Assembly (NCBI GenBank): GCA_964057225.1
Contig: OZ059896.1
Coordinates: 12,462,001 to 12,526,000, forward strand
Origin: Auanema rhodensis
Taxonomy: Eukaryota; Animalia; Nematoda
DNA: 64,000 bases
Direction: 5' to 3'
The position numbers and the translations under genes were made by a program. The notes under the pieces are model-generated. The model worked only from the letters and a program-made list of their open reading frames with translations, was not told the origin of the DNA and ran no database searches. This document shows positions 24,901 through 35,423 of this stretch, one piece after another (positions within the stretch are counted from its first letter, which is position 1; every line of letters starts with the position of its first letter).

Positions 24901-27705
24901 TTCCTGTGAAAAATGCACAACCAAGGAGGGCCATTTTGGGTACCAACAAGGTGATAGTGAATGGTCTGTAACAGATCGTTTCCTTGATTGGTTACTCAAC
25001 TTTTCTGAGAATGATAATGCAATTGTGATTGCGCATAACGGATCGCGCTTTGACATACATTTCTTGGTGTCTAGGCTGATAAATCGTGGAATATATCCTG
25101 ACCCCATTTTAAATGGGACCAAGATTATTAGCATGGTTGTCAAGCCTTTAAGAGGTCAAAACTTTAACCATTTATGTTTTAAAGATAGTTATTTACTAGT
25201 GCCTTTACCCTTATCAGCGTTACCCAAGACATTTGGTGTACCTGATATGAGTAAAAGACAATTCCCATACCTCTTTAACCACCCAATAAATTATGGCAAA
25301 GTGCTACCATCCTTGCCACCAAAGCATTACTATTGTACTGCTAGAATGAAAGCAGAAGACCTTGCTTCATTCAATATTTGGTATGAGGAGCGTAATCAAA
25401 GTGTGTTTGATTTTGATGAGGAGCTTCTGGAATATTGTAGGACAGATGTCCGTATTTTAACCAACTGTATGAAAGTGTACATGAAGTTGGCCACCGCCAC
25501 CACTGGCTGGAATCCTGTCATACAATGTATGACATTCGCCAGTTTCTCTTTATTCCAGGCAAGTTTTTTAAAATACAAGCATTTTCAAAACTAGTATATT
25601 ACAGTTGAAAATGAACCACATTAAAGAGAACCAAGTGGGTATTCTGCCTGAGACTGGTTATTATGCCGGCCAGAAGCAGAGTATAATTGCCATAAAATAC
25701 ATAAAATGGTTAGAACACGGATTAGGCCGCCCATTAATGCATAAGCTTAATGGTGGTGAATTTGTTGTGCGAGTAGATGGCCAACGCTATCTACTTGATG
25801 CTTATGACAGTGTGGCTAATCACGGCTATGAGGTGAGTAATTTGTAATAAATGTAAAAAATGAAAAATTTTGTAGTTTAATGGCTGTATTTATCATGGTT
25901 GCCCCCAGTGCACCAACAAGACTGCTATTGCACCAGGCAGAAATGGTGAAACAATGGAAGAGGTAAGCAATACTTTTTTTAATCATTTTAAGCTGAAACA
26001 TTTAGGTTTATGAAAAAACCATGAAAAGGCTGGAGGCTATTCAAAGCCAGGGCATTAGTGTAACCACTGTGTGGGAACACGAAATTACTGCTCAAATGTC
26101 ATCAAATGATCAAATGGCAAATTTTATGAAGAACAATGAGGTTGTAATTCGATTGGCACTTCGAGATGCCTTCACCGGCGGCCGAACTCAAACATATAAG
26201 CTTCTGGCCCAAGCTTCGGATAGATACTCACTAGAGTATGTGGACTTTTGTTCACTTTATCCATATGTAACGGCATTTGATGCCTATTACCCTGTGGGTA
26301 ATCCTAAAGTGATTACTGAGGGCTTTGAGAGTTTTGAGGCATGCTGCCCATACAAGGGCCTTATGAAATGTGACGTGCTTGCACCCACAAATTTGTTGTA
26401 TCCTGTATTAGGAACACGCATAGGCGGTAAATTAATTTTTACAAACTGCCGCACATGTGCAAACAGTGGCAAAAATGTAACATGCCCGCACCAAGATGAT
26501 GAAGACGCTCGAAAGCTGCATCTGACTGTAACGCATGTAGAGCTCGAATGTGTCATACAGCGTGGCTACAAAGTGCTTCATGTTTATGAGGTTTGGCACT
26601 GGGATGAATGGCAGAAAGGAGGCCTATTCAAGGATTTTGTACAAAAGTACATAAAAATTAAGCAAGAGGCATCGGGCTGGCCTAAGCCAAATATGACAGA
26701 GGCTGAAAAGGTATGTGTCATGAAAAGTATGGCATTAAATAACATTTTACAGCTAAAATATCTCCAAGAGCACGAGGAGAACACTGGTGTTGCTCTGGAG
26801 AGCAGCAAAATTGAAAAGAATGCGGCCATGCGTAGCATTGCCAAACTACAGCTGAATAGGTATGTAAACTTTTAAAAATAAAAATTTACAAATTTGCTTA
26901 TAGTGTATGGGGTAAAATGGGTCAAAGACCGGATAAAGCCCAAACCAAGATTATTGGTGTTGAGGATCCTGAAATTGGTAGGATCATAACTGATCCTGCA
27001 AGGGAACTCACGGGCTTCAAAATTGTGGACGATGTGGCGTACTGTACAACAGTGCCAGAAGACTCACACTTGGCACCAGCGCCGTTTACAAATGTAGCCA
27101 TAGCGGCTTATACAACCGCTCATGCAAGGCTACTATTGTATAAGGCAATGGAAAAAATTGGAAAGAACTTGGTGTATACAGGTAATTTTATACTTTGTAT
27201 ACAATTTAAACGTACATCATTTAGACACCGATTCTCTAATTTATTTAAAATGCCTCGATCAGCCTGATCCAATTGAGGATATGAAGGGTGAATGGTTAGG
27301 TAAACTAACCTCAGAAATACCCGATGGATGGTCAATGACCAAATTTGTTTCACCAGCTGCAAAAGTTTATAGTTATGAGCTAGTAAATGCAGCTGGCCAG
27401 GTCAAGTATATCACCAAGGCAAAGGGAGTGGTAAGTATAAAAATATATTATTGAGAAACTTTTTAAAATTACAGACGCTGGACCACACGGCAGCCACCGT
27501 GGTAAACTATCAAAGTATGGAACGATTGGTTCGAGGACTCGTGATGGATGGAGAAAAATTGGTTTTAAAAACCAAAACAACGTTATTAAAGAGGCAGCTT
27601 GGTGCCATATCCACGATGGACATGACAAAGAGTACCAAGGTCGTAATGGATAAACTTTGTTATCTAGACGATTTTAGTACTTTACCCTATGGTTATTGTG
27701 AATAA
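21942..27705 (+). CDS. pPolB: Protein-primed family B DNA polymerase (pPolB), 14 exons, ~1370 codons, one in-frame TGA at 23965-23967
   Basis: Exons: 21942-21955, 22006-22062, 22111-22236, 22282-22363, 23476-24510, 24557-24730, 24776-25558, 25605-25832, 25876-25962, 26006-26710, 26753-26859, 26904-27181, 27225-27430, 27475-27705. They sum to 4113 nt in one frame. Splicing rebuilds the motifs K|IIFYDFET, YE|FNGCIYHGCPQC, KLQLNS|VWGK and YTD|TDS. Also present: HNGSRFD, YCRTDV, DFCSLYP and an OTU-like DSHC...HYD. The 5' four exons are less certain than the rest. Confidence 0.92.
22560..23280 (+). repeat. AT-rich degenerate tandem repeats (~150-170 bp units) inside pPolB intron 4 (22364-23475)
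   Basis: The core GATGCTCAAAAACTGAAACATTTAAATATTTTGT recurs near 22590, 22760, 22915, 23082 and 23230. Confidence 0.8.
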
Positions 27706-27843
27706 TTTTCAATATATTTGAATTTATAAATTTTATTATTGCGTGTATATTTGTATATGGTTGTATTTATAGATTTTTATGTATAGTTGTATTAATAAAT
27801 TTTATTCTTCTCATCAAATGTTTTAAAGAGTTTATTACATACA

Positions 27844-29178
27844 TTACAAACTGGTATCAATATATGGAGCACGATTGTTGTCAATTGAAAGAATAGAGTC
27901 ATATTCTGCATAAACAATAGCATATAAACCCTCTTGCGGCGTTTGTTGACCAAATTCCAATTTCAGGGCCACATTACCTTGTCGTATAACATCAAATAAC
28001 TCGGACGAGTGTACAGTCGGTGAAATATCAAATACAAAAAATGTGAACCCAGCTTTATACATTGCTGGTGTAATACCATTGGATGAATCTGTACGACCAA
28101 GGCCCAAACCTTCCAACATGTCAATATATGCTGTGGCATAGGAAGAACGCCATTCTAAATTATAAGGGCGGGTAGGTATTACCCGATTGTTGAGCGTCAA
28201 GTATATATTTTTCAATTCAAACGGTTTAAAGTTGAATGGCGAATGTTTAAAAGTACCATTATAAGCGTGTGCGCCGACAAGACCTACTACAACACGTTTC
28301 GGTGTATGCGACGTGAATAATATGTTATTGGGTGAATCCAAACGACCTCCTTCTATGAAATAAGATCGCATTTTCACTGACGTCATGGGGTAGTGTATTC
28401 GTTCCTTTACAAGTTTATCTTCTATAGCCATAGCTAATCCAGCGTTTAGATCAAACTCTTGAATAAGCAAGTGCACATCGTTGATATCTATTTTCAGGTT
28501 TGGAAACTCCTCCATCATTGCAGCATCCTTGCTTTCATTATTCCATCCAAGTGTGTCAATTAAGAAATTATCACGGTTTGGATATGCAGTTAGCTCCATT
28601 TTTGAATAGTTTACAAACAGTCGTTCCTGATTGAATAAGTCGATACTGATGGGAGCAGCCATCTCACACAATATGCCATTTTTAACAAGCCCTTGTCGCG
28701 CTCTAAATCCAGGACTGGCTGCATTATCTATATATCTATCCGCATAATACCCTGATATGGCAAGTTTGCTCTCTTTAACATCGTTGCTATACATTAGAAT
28801 ATTCTCAATATATGTTTTGTAGGCATGATTTACGGTAGAGTCATACACGCTAACATCACCAATTTTTAAATGATACGAGTGTATCAAACTGGCTGCAAAT
28901 TGTTGGCATGGTGCAAAAACAAGGTTGTCTAGTACTGGATCACCGTTTGTGGTTACAATTTTGAATTTTACATTCAACCAACACCTTCTCAGATTAAGAA
29001 ATGATTTGGAATTTTGGGCTATAACAAATTACCATGGTCCTTGAGGAAGAAAAGTATTTTTTAAAGGAACTTGTACAGTACGAGTGGATTCAACACCTAA
29101 TGCCGACGCCGGTATGTCACTATAATTAATATTAGGTAAAAGGGCTTGTGCTGATTTTGAATCTATCAATTTAGCCAT
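27844..29178 (-). CDS. MCP: Major capsid protein (double jelly-roll); premature TAA at 29029-29031
   Basis: ATG at 29178 gives MAKLIDSKS...QGPW*FVIA, in frame with the 377-aa ORF. Polinton MCP-like motifs: DLFNQERL, PKRVVVGLV, PFNFKPF, FFVFDISP, IVYAEYD. Confidence 0.9.
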
Positions 29179-29631
29179 TTAAATACGATACGACCGCTCA
29201 CGAGTTATGCACAGACGCTTATGAGGTTTTGTGGTTTTGCGTCGTCGCCGCTTGCCCAAGCCGGTAAGATCTCGTATAGCCTGCCGGCCGGCTGTTTTAA
29301 GAGTTTGCTTGATATTATCGCCCTTGAGCACCCCATCAACAATTTCATTGCTAGTTTTTAGCAACTGGCCGCCAAGAGGTGAATTTACAACTGGACTATT
29401 GCTTACAGCACTGGATAATGCATTCCTTCCAGCATTGATGAGATTTTGGGCTATAGGTGATTGAATAATGCGAGGTAAAAACGATGCCAAAGTTGCCAGT
29501 ATACCACCCAGGCCATGACCTCTCTGCATACCACGTTTAAACATCATTCCACTAAATGGCGCCCCACCCATTTGTTGATTCAAAAGTGTTGTCCATTGAA
29601 TTGAGTTCAAGTCTAGAAGGAGGTGTGGCAT
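29179..29631 (-). CDS. Putative virion core or membrane-lytic precursor protein (adenovirus core/protein VI-like)
   Basis: QMGG|A, QRGH|G and LTGL|G resemble adenain cleavage sites. It has an amphipathic GLGGILATLASFLPRII segment and a basic KRRRRK tail. Its stop directly abuts the MCP ATG. Confidence 0.65.
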   Translation of the reverse strand: MPHLLLDLNSIQWTTLLNQQMGGAPFSGMMFKRGMQRGHGLGGILATLASFLPRIIQSPIAQNLINAGRNALSSAVSNSPVVNSPLGGQLLKTSNEIVDGVLKGDNIKQTLKTAGRQAIRDLTGLGKRRRRKTTKPHKRLCITRERSYRI

Positions 29632-29681
29632 ATTGAACCGCACGTGCGCAATACAAAAGTTACACTAGATCATTTTACTAA

Positions 29682-30137
29682 ATGTATTCGTCTGAAATAG
29701 CGTCACTATTGCGATCTGTCCGCATCACTCGAAAACTATTCCTCGGTGTATTTAGCGCCGATACTCTACCCAAAACACGTCGAAAGAACTTTGCACTTGT
29801 TGTAAATACTGACACACACGATAAACCGGGCACACATTGGCAAGTCATCTTTGTACGTAATGATCAAGCCTACTTTTTCTGTAGCTTGGGTTATAAAATG
29901 AACAAGTACATTCGTCATTATCTGGCGAAATATAAAAATATAAAAGTTAATACTTGCAAACCACAACGCATAATTGAATACACTTGTGGTGGTTATGCAA
30001 TATTTGTAATACTAATGTTGTCAGCTGGTAATACATTTGAAAGCATTTGTTCATTTTTTAAACTATTACAAAACGATGATGTCTTTATTAAAGCTTTTAT
30101 GCATAAAGTATTCGACTATAAATTATCTAGCATATGA
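29682..30137 (+). CDS. PRO: Adenain-like cysteine maturation protease
   Basis: VNTDTHDKPGTHW (His) and PQRIIEYTCGGY (Gln/Cys) motifs typical of Polinton proteases. Confidence 0.92.
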   Translation: MYSSEIASLLRSVRITRKLFLGVFSADTLPKTRRKNFALVVNTDTHDKPGTHWQVIFVRNDQAYFFCSLGYKMNKYIRHYLAKYKNIKVNTCKPQRIIEYTCGGYAIFVILMLSAGNTFESICSFFKLLQNDDVFIKAFMHKVFDYKLSSI

Positions 30138-30395
30138 TCAACTTTGCCATTAAAACGTCACCTGCTACATTAGGTGGTCAGTTATGAATATTCCCTGTCA
30201 CTGTGAATTATGTATAAGATACACGTTGGAACAATCTGTGCCAACACCCCTGTACAAAAAGATTTTGAAACGTATTTCAGTGCCATTCATTAAAGGAATA
30301 TCTCTGGGACTACGCTTTTGTACTACACTAGTCATTATTCCACTCATTATATAAAAGTGAGTTGACTGTGTGTGGTTGTTTTTTATTTTCCTCTA

Positions 30396-30860
30396 ATGGA
30401 ACTTTTATGTAACAAGTATTGTGTTACGTGCAAGGAAATATTTTCATCAGTCAAGCATTTTAGTGATCACATATTGAAAAGACATGACGGGATTCAACCC
30501 GTATGTAACAGTTATATCAGCAATGCTGACTTTATTCAAAAATATGGACATTTGGATGGTGTTCGTAGACGTTTGTGCCCTTATTGTAGTGAAACTTTTG
30601 GAACAAGATTCATTTGTCAGCGTCATATTCGGCGTCTTCATAATAGTAATGGAACGAATGGTAAAGATGGTGATGGAAATGATACCAGCGAACCCTCTGA
30701 AAAAACTGAGGAGTTTGTACAGTCAACCGAACCAAAACGATGCCGCTGCAATAGTAACCGAGAATATTCACAACACGAGCCGCGCATCGAACAAAACGGC
30801 GCTGAACTACCTTTTAAACCTTCGAAAATCGTAATGTGGTCTTGTATAACTGTTGAATAA
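30396..30860 (+). CDS. C2H2 zinc-finger protein with two fingers (accessory gene)
   Basis: CVTCKEIFSSVKHFSDHILKRH and CPYCSETFGTRFICQRHIRRLH. ATG at 30396, TATA-like TATATAAAA near 30348, AATAAA at the stop. Confidence 0.75.
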   Translation: MELLCNKYCVTCKEIFSSVKHFSDHILKRHDGIQPVCNSYISNADFIQKYGHLDGVRRRLCPYCSETFGTRFICQRHIRRLHNSNGTNGKDGDGNDTSEPSEKTEEFVQSTEPKRCRCNSNREYSQHEPRIEQNGAELPFKPSKIVMWSCITVE

Positions 30861-30865
30861 AACAT

Positions 30866-31723
30866 TTATTTCACATTTTTAACATGTAATGTAACAACTG
30901 TAGAACCATAATTAAATTGCATAGGGCGACCAAATTCATCTAAAATTTCAATACGTATAGTATCGAGTGTTTGCTTAGTGATTGGTACATAACGAATAGG
31001 ATTAAATGTTTTGACAATCATTTTACCAAATTCAGTGGGAGGTGGTACAGGTAAACATGCAAGTAAATTAGCTTTCACATTACCGAGAATGGAATATTCT
31101 ACAATATCACAATAGATATACATTGTATTAATGTTATTTGAAAAATCAATGGGGCGCCTGGCTATTAACGTGTCGTTGATAATTTTATTCTCAAAGCCAA
31201 GAAAATATGCGAGAGCATCACCGAGTGTTGCATTCAATAATAGCCGCTTACTTGTTACAAACTCTATGCGTTGTAGTGTTTTGTTAAACCGAAACGTGGC
31301 GTCTGCCAGCATTTCCTTGACAAGTTTAGCCTCAGCTTGTCGATTATTATACCACTTTTTCACATCTTCATCTTTATCTATCAAACCCTTTATACGTGCT
31401 TCTTCCTCAGCTCCAAGAGGTTTAGTGCTGCTAGCAATAAATTGTTCTTTTCCAGCATTGATTCCGCGTATTATTTCATCACCATTTGCATAGTTACCTT
31501 TGGGCAAGTGCAGAATAAACTTTCTGTTGGAAAAACGTAGTGTATAAGAAAGATTTTCTTGTACATTTAATATCGAACACGGAAAAATTATGTCTGTCAG
31601 CCCGATGCAATATCTGTTATTGCATAGCCTTAATGTTTCAGGTAACCTGGTAAGAAACACTGATGAGGTATTACTTTTTTCAGAGTCAACTGATGACGGC
31701 AAAGTAATGTAAAAATCATCCAT
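30866..31723 (-). CDS. mCP: Minor capsid (penton) protein
   Basis: N-terminal MDDFYITLPS, then YIYCDIVE...LL and C-terminal IRIEILDEFGRPMQFNYGSTVVTLH, the Polinton mCP pattern. Confidence 0.85.
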   Translation of the reverse strand: MDDFYITLPSSVDSEKSNTSSVFLTRLPETLRLCNNRYCIGLTDIIFPCSILNVQENLSYTLRFSNRKFILHLPKGNYANGDEIIRGINAGKEQFIASSTKPLGAEEEARIKGLIDKDEDVKKWYNNRQAEAKLVKEMLADATFRFNKTLQRIEFVTSKRLLLNATLGDALAYFLGFENKIINDTLIARRPIDFSNNINTMYIYCDIVEYSILGNVKANLLACLPVPPPTEFGKMIVKTFNPIRYVPITKQTLDTIRIEILDEFGRPMQFNYGSTVVTLHVKNVK

Positions 31724-31802
31724 CACAGACCACCACCTGATGCGTGCACACTAGTATAAATGAAATCATTTGCATTATAGGTACATTTACGAGTGGTTGA
31801 TT

Positions 31803-32450
31803 ATGGTTTTCAGCTTCAAACTACCCAGTCAGACAACTGTAATAGGGGCAACGCAATGTGGTAAAACTACCCTTATAAAACGTATATGTGAAAATACTGA
31901 AAAGTTTTTCAACGTCCCCATTGATAGAATATTCTGGTTCAGTCAATGTGGAGCATCGTCAGGTGTTCCATTAAATGATGAGCGTTTAATAGTTATTCAA
32001 GGACCACCTGATCCGGATATAATAAAAGAACAAAAGGGAATGAACACCATACTAGTGCTGGATGATTTGATGAATTTTTTCTCATCGAATAAAGCGGCTA
32101 AAGAATTATTCAACAACCTTTTTACAGTGTGGGCACATCACTGGAATTTGGCAGTGTTTAATCTTGTGCAAGCTGCATTTCAGCTAGACAGGACCAGTCG
32201 AATTAATAGTACATATATAATACTGATGAAAAGTCATTCGGATATATTACAAATACGTAATTGTCTGCAACAATTATTTGGCCCCCGCTTTAAAAATGCT
32301 CTAGAAGCATATGATGATGCAATGTCTACACCCTATAGTCATTTACTGATTGACAACCATCCTTTAACAAATGAGAAACAGCGTATACTATCAGATATAA
32401 CAGCGGAGCACCCTATTGTTTATGTAGCCAGAAATATATTCAGTGTTTAA
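31803..32450 (+). CDS. A32/FtsK-like DNA packaging ATPase
   Basis: Walker A GATQCGKT, Walker B ILVLDDL, plus HHWN, RINSTYI and YSHLLID. Confidence 0.92.
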   Translation: MVFSFKLPSQTTVIGATQCGKTTLIKRICENTEKFFNVPIDRIFWFSQCGASSGVPLNDERLIVIQGPPDPDIIKEQKGMNTILVLDDLMNFFSSNKAAKELFNNLFTVWAHHWNLAVFNLVQAAFQLDRTSRINSTYIILMKSHSDILQIRNCLQQLFGPRFKNALEAYDDAMSTPYSHLLIDNHPLTNEKQRILSDITAEHPIVYVARNIFSV

Positions 32451-32462
32451 TGTGCATGTTCA

Positions 32463-32771
32463 ATGAGTGGTCGTGTTTTGTCAAATTACAACTTTTTATC
32501 TTCTTGTGCCAAAACCCCTTGTTCTGTTTCCTCATTTTCTTTTTCACAAATTGAAATTATTGTTGAAATTGTATTTAATATTGTGAAAAAAAATAATTTT
32601 CTCTTAACTAACAAGGAATATAAAACCCTTTTGCCCATATCCTCATTATTACGTCAAATAGCTTTGATACGCACACCCGAAAAGGCTAAAACTTTATTGG
32701 CAACGATTTCACACAAACCATTGAAAACAATAGTTTCATGTGGAATTGCTTATTTTGGTTTTAAAAGATGA
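32463..32771 (+). CDS. Small conserved Polinton protein of unknown function
   Basis: 102-aa intact ORF tightly packed downstream of the ATPase. IVEIVFNIVK resembles the small conserved ORF of Polintons. Confidence 0.7.
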   Translation: MSGRVLSNYNFLSSCAKTPCSVSSFSFSQIEIIVEIVFNIVKKNNFLLTNKEYKTLLPISSLLRQIALIRTPEKAKTLLATISHKPLKTIVSCGIAYFGFKR

Positions 32772-33505
32772 AACTCAATCATAAATATCGTCTAATCCCT
32801 GTGGATGATGAAACGCTGAATATAGACAAGTTTGATGCTGAATTGAAGCTCTTACGAGAGAATAAATCTATACCCAATTATAAAAAGGCTGAACTATACG
32901 AAGACTTGATTACCCGTCTCAAAAACTATAGAGAAAGCATAGATGCTCCTATATCAGTACAAGTGGAAAATGCTGATCCACCATTATTGCCAGAATACAA
33001 GCTGCCACGAAAGTATAACGATCTGTGGGAAAGATTTCCAGAGGTGCGTACAAACAAAAATAACCAACTTGTGATTAATAATAAGCCCGTACCAAACACA
33101 AATATTACAAAAATTTTGGATTTTGTACTGGATAAAACAAAAACGGAACCCAATGGATTCTCAGTATTAGCCAAATTCTTAGCCAGTAATGGGGTCTCTA
33201 GCCCTAACAAGAAGGCAAAAAATGTAGAGCCTGCCGTCAGTAACAAGGATTCAGTTGATCCCGTGCCTACATCCACATCGGCTGTCACAGACTTGGATGC
33301 TACTATTAATATATTACCTAGAACACCACGTCATCGTAAGGCTGTTATTCGATATTCACCCTCTCCGCGTCGTACATTCAAATCCAAAGCTATACATAAA
33401 AAGGCAAAACCCGCTGACACTGGTGAATCATATTACACACCTCAGGCGGGAGAAACACAGAATGGCAAAGGCCGTAAACGATTCTACATTAGATTATGGA
33501 AGTAA
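32768..33505 (+). CDS. Conserved Polinton protein of unknown function upstream of the integrase
   Basis: 245-aa ORF overlapping both neighbours (ATGA overlap at the 5' end). Basic low-complexity tail ending QNGK|GRKRFYIRLWK. Confidence 0.75.
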   Translation: MKLNHKYRLIPVDDETLNIDKFDAELKLLRENKSIPNYKKAELYEDLITRLKNYRESIDAPISVQVENADPPLLPEYKLPRKYNDLWERFPEVRTNKNNQLVINNKPVPNTNITKILDFVLDKTKTEPNGFSVLAKFLASNGVSSPNKKAKNVEPAVSNKDSVDPVPTSTSAVTDLDATINILPRTPRHRKAVIRYSPSPRRTFKSKAIHKKAKPADTGESYYTPQAGETQNGKGRKRFYIRLWK

Positions 33506-34529
33506 TGTTTTGGAGAACATTTATTATAATATTAAGCATCCAGCTTCTTATACGTCTGCCAAAAATCTATTATTGGAAGCGCGAAAGCATGGCATCGCAA
33601 AAGCACAAGTTGAAAGTTTTTTGCAAGACTCTGAAACTTTTACACGTCATAAACCAACCAGACTGCATATGCAGACTAAAAAGACTAGAGGCTGTGGTCG
33701 ATTCCTAACAATGCAAGCAGATTTGGTTGATATGCAAAAATATAAAAAATCAAATGACGGCTATGCTTACATGTTGACCATGATTGATGTTTATACACGC
33801 ATGTTATATGTTAGGCCTTTGAAAACTAAAGGTGGTTTAGAGGTTGCTACTGCATTTGAAAATGTATTCAAGGATTTTATACCAATCCAACTAATAACGG
33901 ATAACGGTGCAGAGTTTTATAATAGTCATTGTGAAAAACTATTCAAAAAATTTGCCATACTGCATGGATCAACAAGTTCACCACAAAAAGCGGCAATGGT
34001 GGAGCGAGCAAATAGAACTTTAAAAACGCGCATGATGAAATATCTCTATTACAAGAATAATCATCGATGGATTGATATACTAGATGACTTGGTCGAAGGA
34101 ATAAACAAATCTTATAATCGGTCGATTAAAATGCGCCCCGTAGATGTTACAGCAAATATATTCGTTGAAGAATATGCACCAGCTGTTCGCAACCGATTCA
34201 AAATTGGTGATAATGTTCGCATAAGCAAGAACAGGCGTACTTTTGAAAAAAGTTACAAGTCTGGATATACAATGGAACTATTCACAATTGATGAGATTGT
34301 AGCCGGGAACCCAACCGTGTATAAACTTGTAGATTATAATGGTGAACGTATAAAGGGTATATTCTATGAGCCTGAACTTGTGTTGGCTACTAATAAAAGC
34401 AACCAGTACTATATTGAGAAAGTTTTGAAAGAGCGTACACGAAATGGTAAACGCCAAGTATTTGTAAAATGGAGTGGCTATCCCGACAACTTTAATGAAT
34501 GGATAAATGCAGAAAATTTAAATGTATAA
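33462..34529 (+). CDS. INT: Maverick c-integrase (DDE) with C-terminal chromodomain
   Basis: IYYNIKHPASY, QADLVD, TDNGAEF, VERANRTLK. Chromodomain YYIEKVLK...VKWSGYPDNFNEWI. First in-frame ATG at 33462. Confidence 0.93.
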   Translation: MAKAVNDSTLDYGSNVLENIYYNIKHPASYTSAKNLLLEARKHGIAKAQVESFLQDSETFTRHKPTRLHMQTKKTRGCGRFLTMQADLVDMQKYKKSNDGYAYMLTMIDVYTRMLYVRPLKTKGGLEVATAFENVFKDFIPIQLITDNGAEFYNSHCEKLFKKFAILHGSTSSPQKAAMVERANRTLKTRMMKYLYYKNNHRWIDILDDLVEGINKSYNRSIKMRPVDVTANIFVEEYAPAVRNRFKIGDNVRISKNRRTFEKSYKSGYTMELFTIDEIVAGNPTVYKLVDYNGERIKGIFYEPELVLATNKSNQYYIEKVLKERTRNGKRQVFVKWSGYPDNFNEWINAENLNV

Positions 34530-34575
34530 TTTTTCACTGTTGTTGTAAACAATTGTATTAATAATAATAAATGAT

Positions 34576-35423
34576 TTATTTGATCAATCGTTCATATTGT
34601 AACAATAAAAAACCAGCAAAACATAAAAGCCAAGACAATGATATAACCTATAATTATAAACTGATTAATATTTAAATTTTCAATGCTTACCAGTTGGTTT
34701 GAGAGTCGGCTGTTGATGGATAATTTCAAACTTCAAGAGCTGGAAAAAAAAATGTTACGGCTAAGAAAATTTAAATATAACATAACAAAATCAACCAACT
34801 GTCCATTAAACAGTTTGTGCTTGTTGTAGTCAAAACGATGGATCAAAACGGATAAGCATATTCAAGTTGAGCGCCTGTTGACTTAATTTAAAGTAGAACA
34901 CATTCTGCTTATAACCAAAAGACTTGACAGTTGACTCATCAGTATAAATGGCAATGTAACCCATATTATTCAACAATTGTTTTGATGACATGCTAGAATA
35001 AGAACGCATCTGTAAAAGAAAAAATAATAATTAGAATTAATAATTTTATAATCTTACATTGATTGTTGAATTTTCAGGTTTATAATGACGGAAAACTTTT
35101 AAAAGCCCTAAGGCATCATTCCTCGCTCTACACTTGACACAGAGGCTGAAACAGTGGTACTCGTCTACGACTTGCAATGTATCTCTACAAGTTTTGCAGA
35201 GACATATTGGTCTCATAACTACAGGCTGTTGTGGAGAGCTATCCTTTGAGATTTGTACCTGCTTTTTTGGTGTGTCTAAACAAAAAATAATTGATAACAA
35301 AAATAAAACCTTACCAAAGAATGTGGCAGCAAAGTTGGGTCCTGGTGTGGGTGGTCGTGGAACATCCGGTTCCGGTGTCGAAGGTACAATATTCTCTACA
35401 TCAACAAGAGCGGAACGCTTCAT
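34576..35423 (-). CDS. Spliced accessory gene of unknown function: Pro-rich, Cys-rich, with a hydrophobic C-terminal exon; 5' end and exon chain uncertain
   Basis: Canonical introns on the minus strand at 35314-35276 (GTAAGG..TTTAG) and 35057-35010 (GTAAGA..TTTTACAG), plus a GTAAGC..TATAG intron near 34690-34649. CLCKTC...CFSLCVKC. The last exon reads GYIIVLAFMFCWFLLLQYERLIK*. A TGA near 34830 interrupts the chain. Confidence 0.5.

Noticed and set aside
23518-27705. pPolB as a frameshift-riddled pseudogene or several separate genes
   Set aside because: Every break except one TGA is explained by a 42-46 nt intron with proper splice sites.
29018-29032. Micro-intron (GTAATTTGTTATAG) removing the MCP stop
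   Set aside because: About 14 nt is too short for splicing and would shift the frame.
33255-33461. N-terminal extension of the integrase in the ORF track
   Set aside because: It starts at TTG and lies inside the upstream gene. Recognisable integrase sequence starts after the ATG at 33462.
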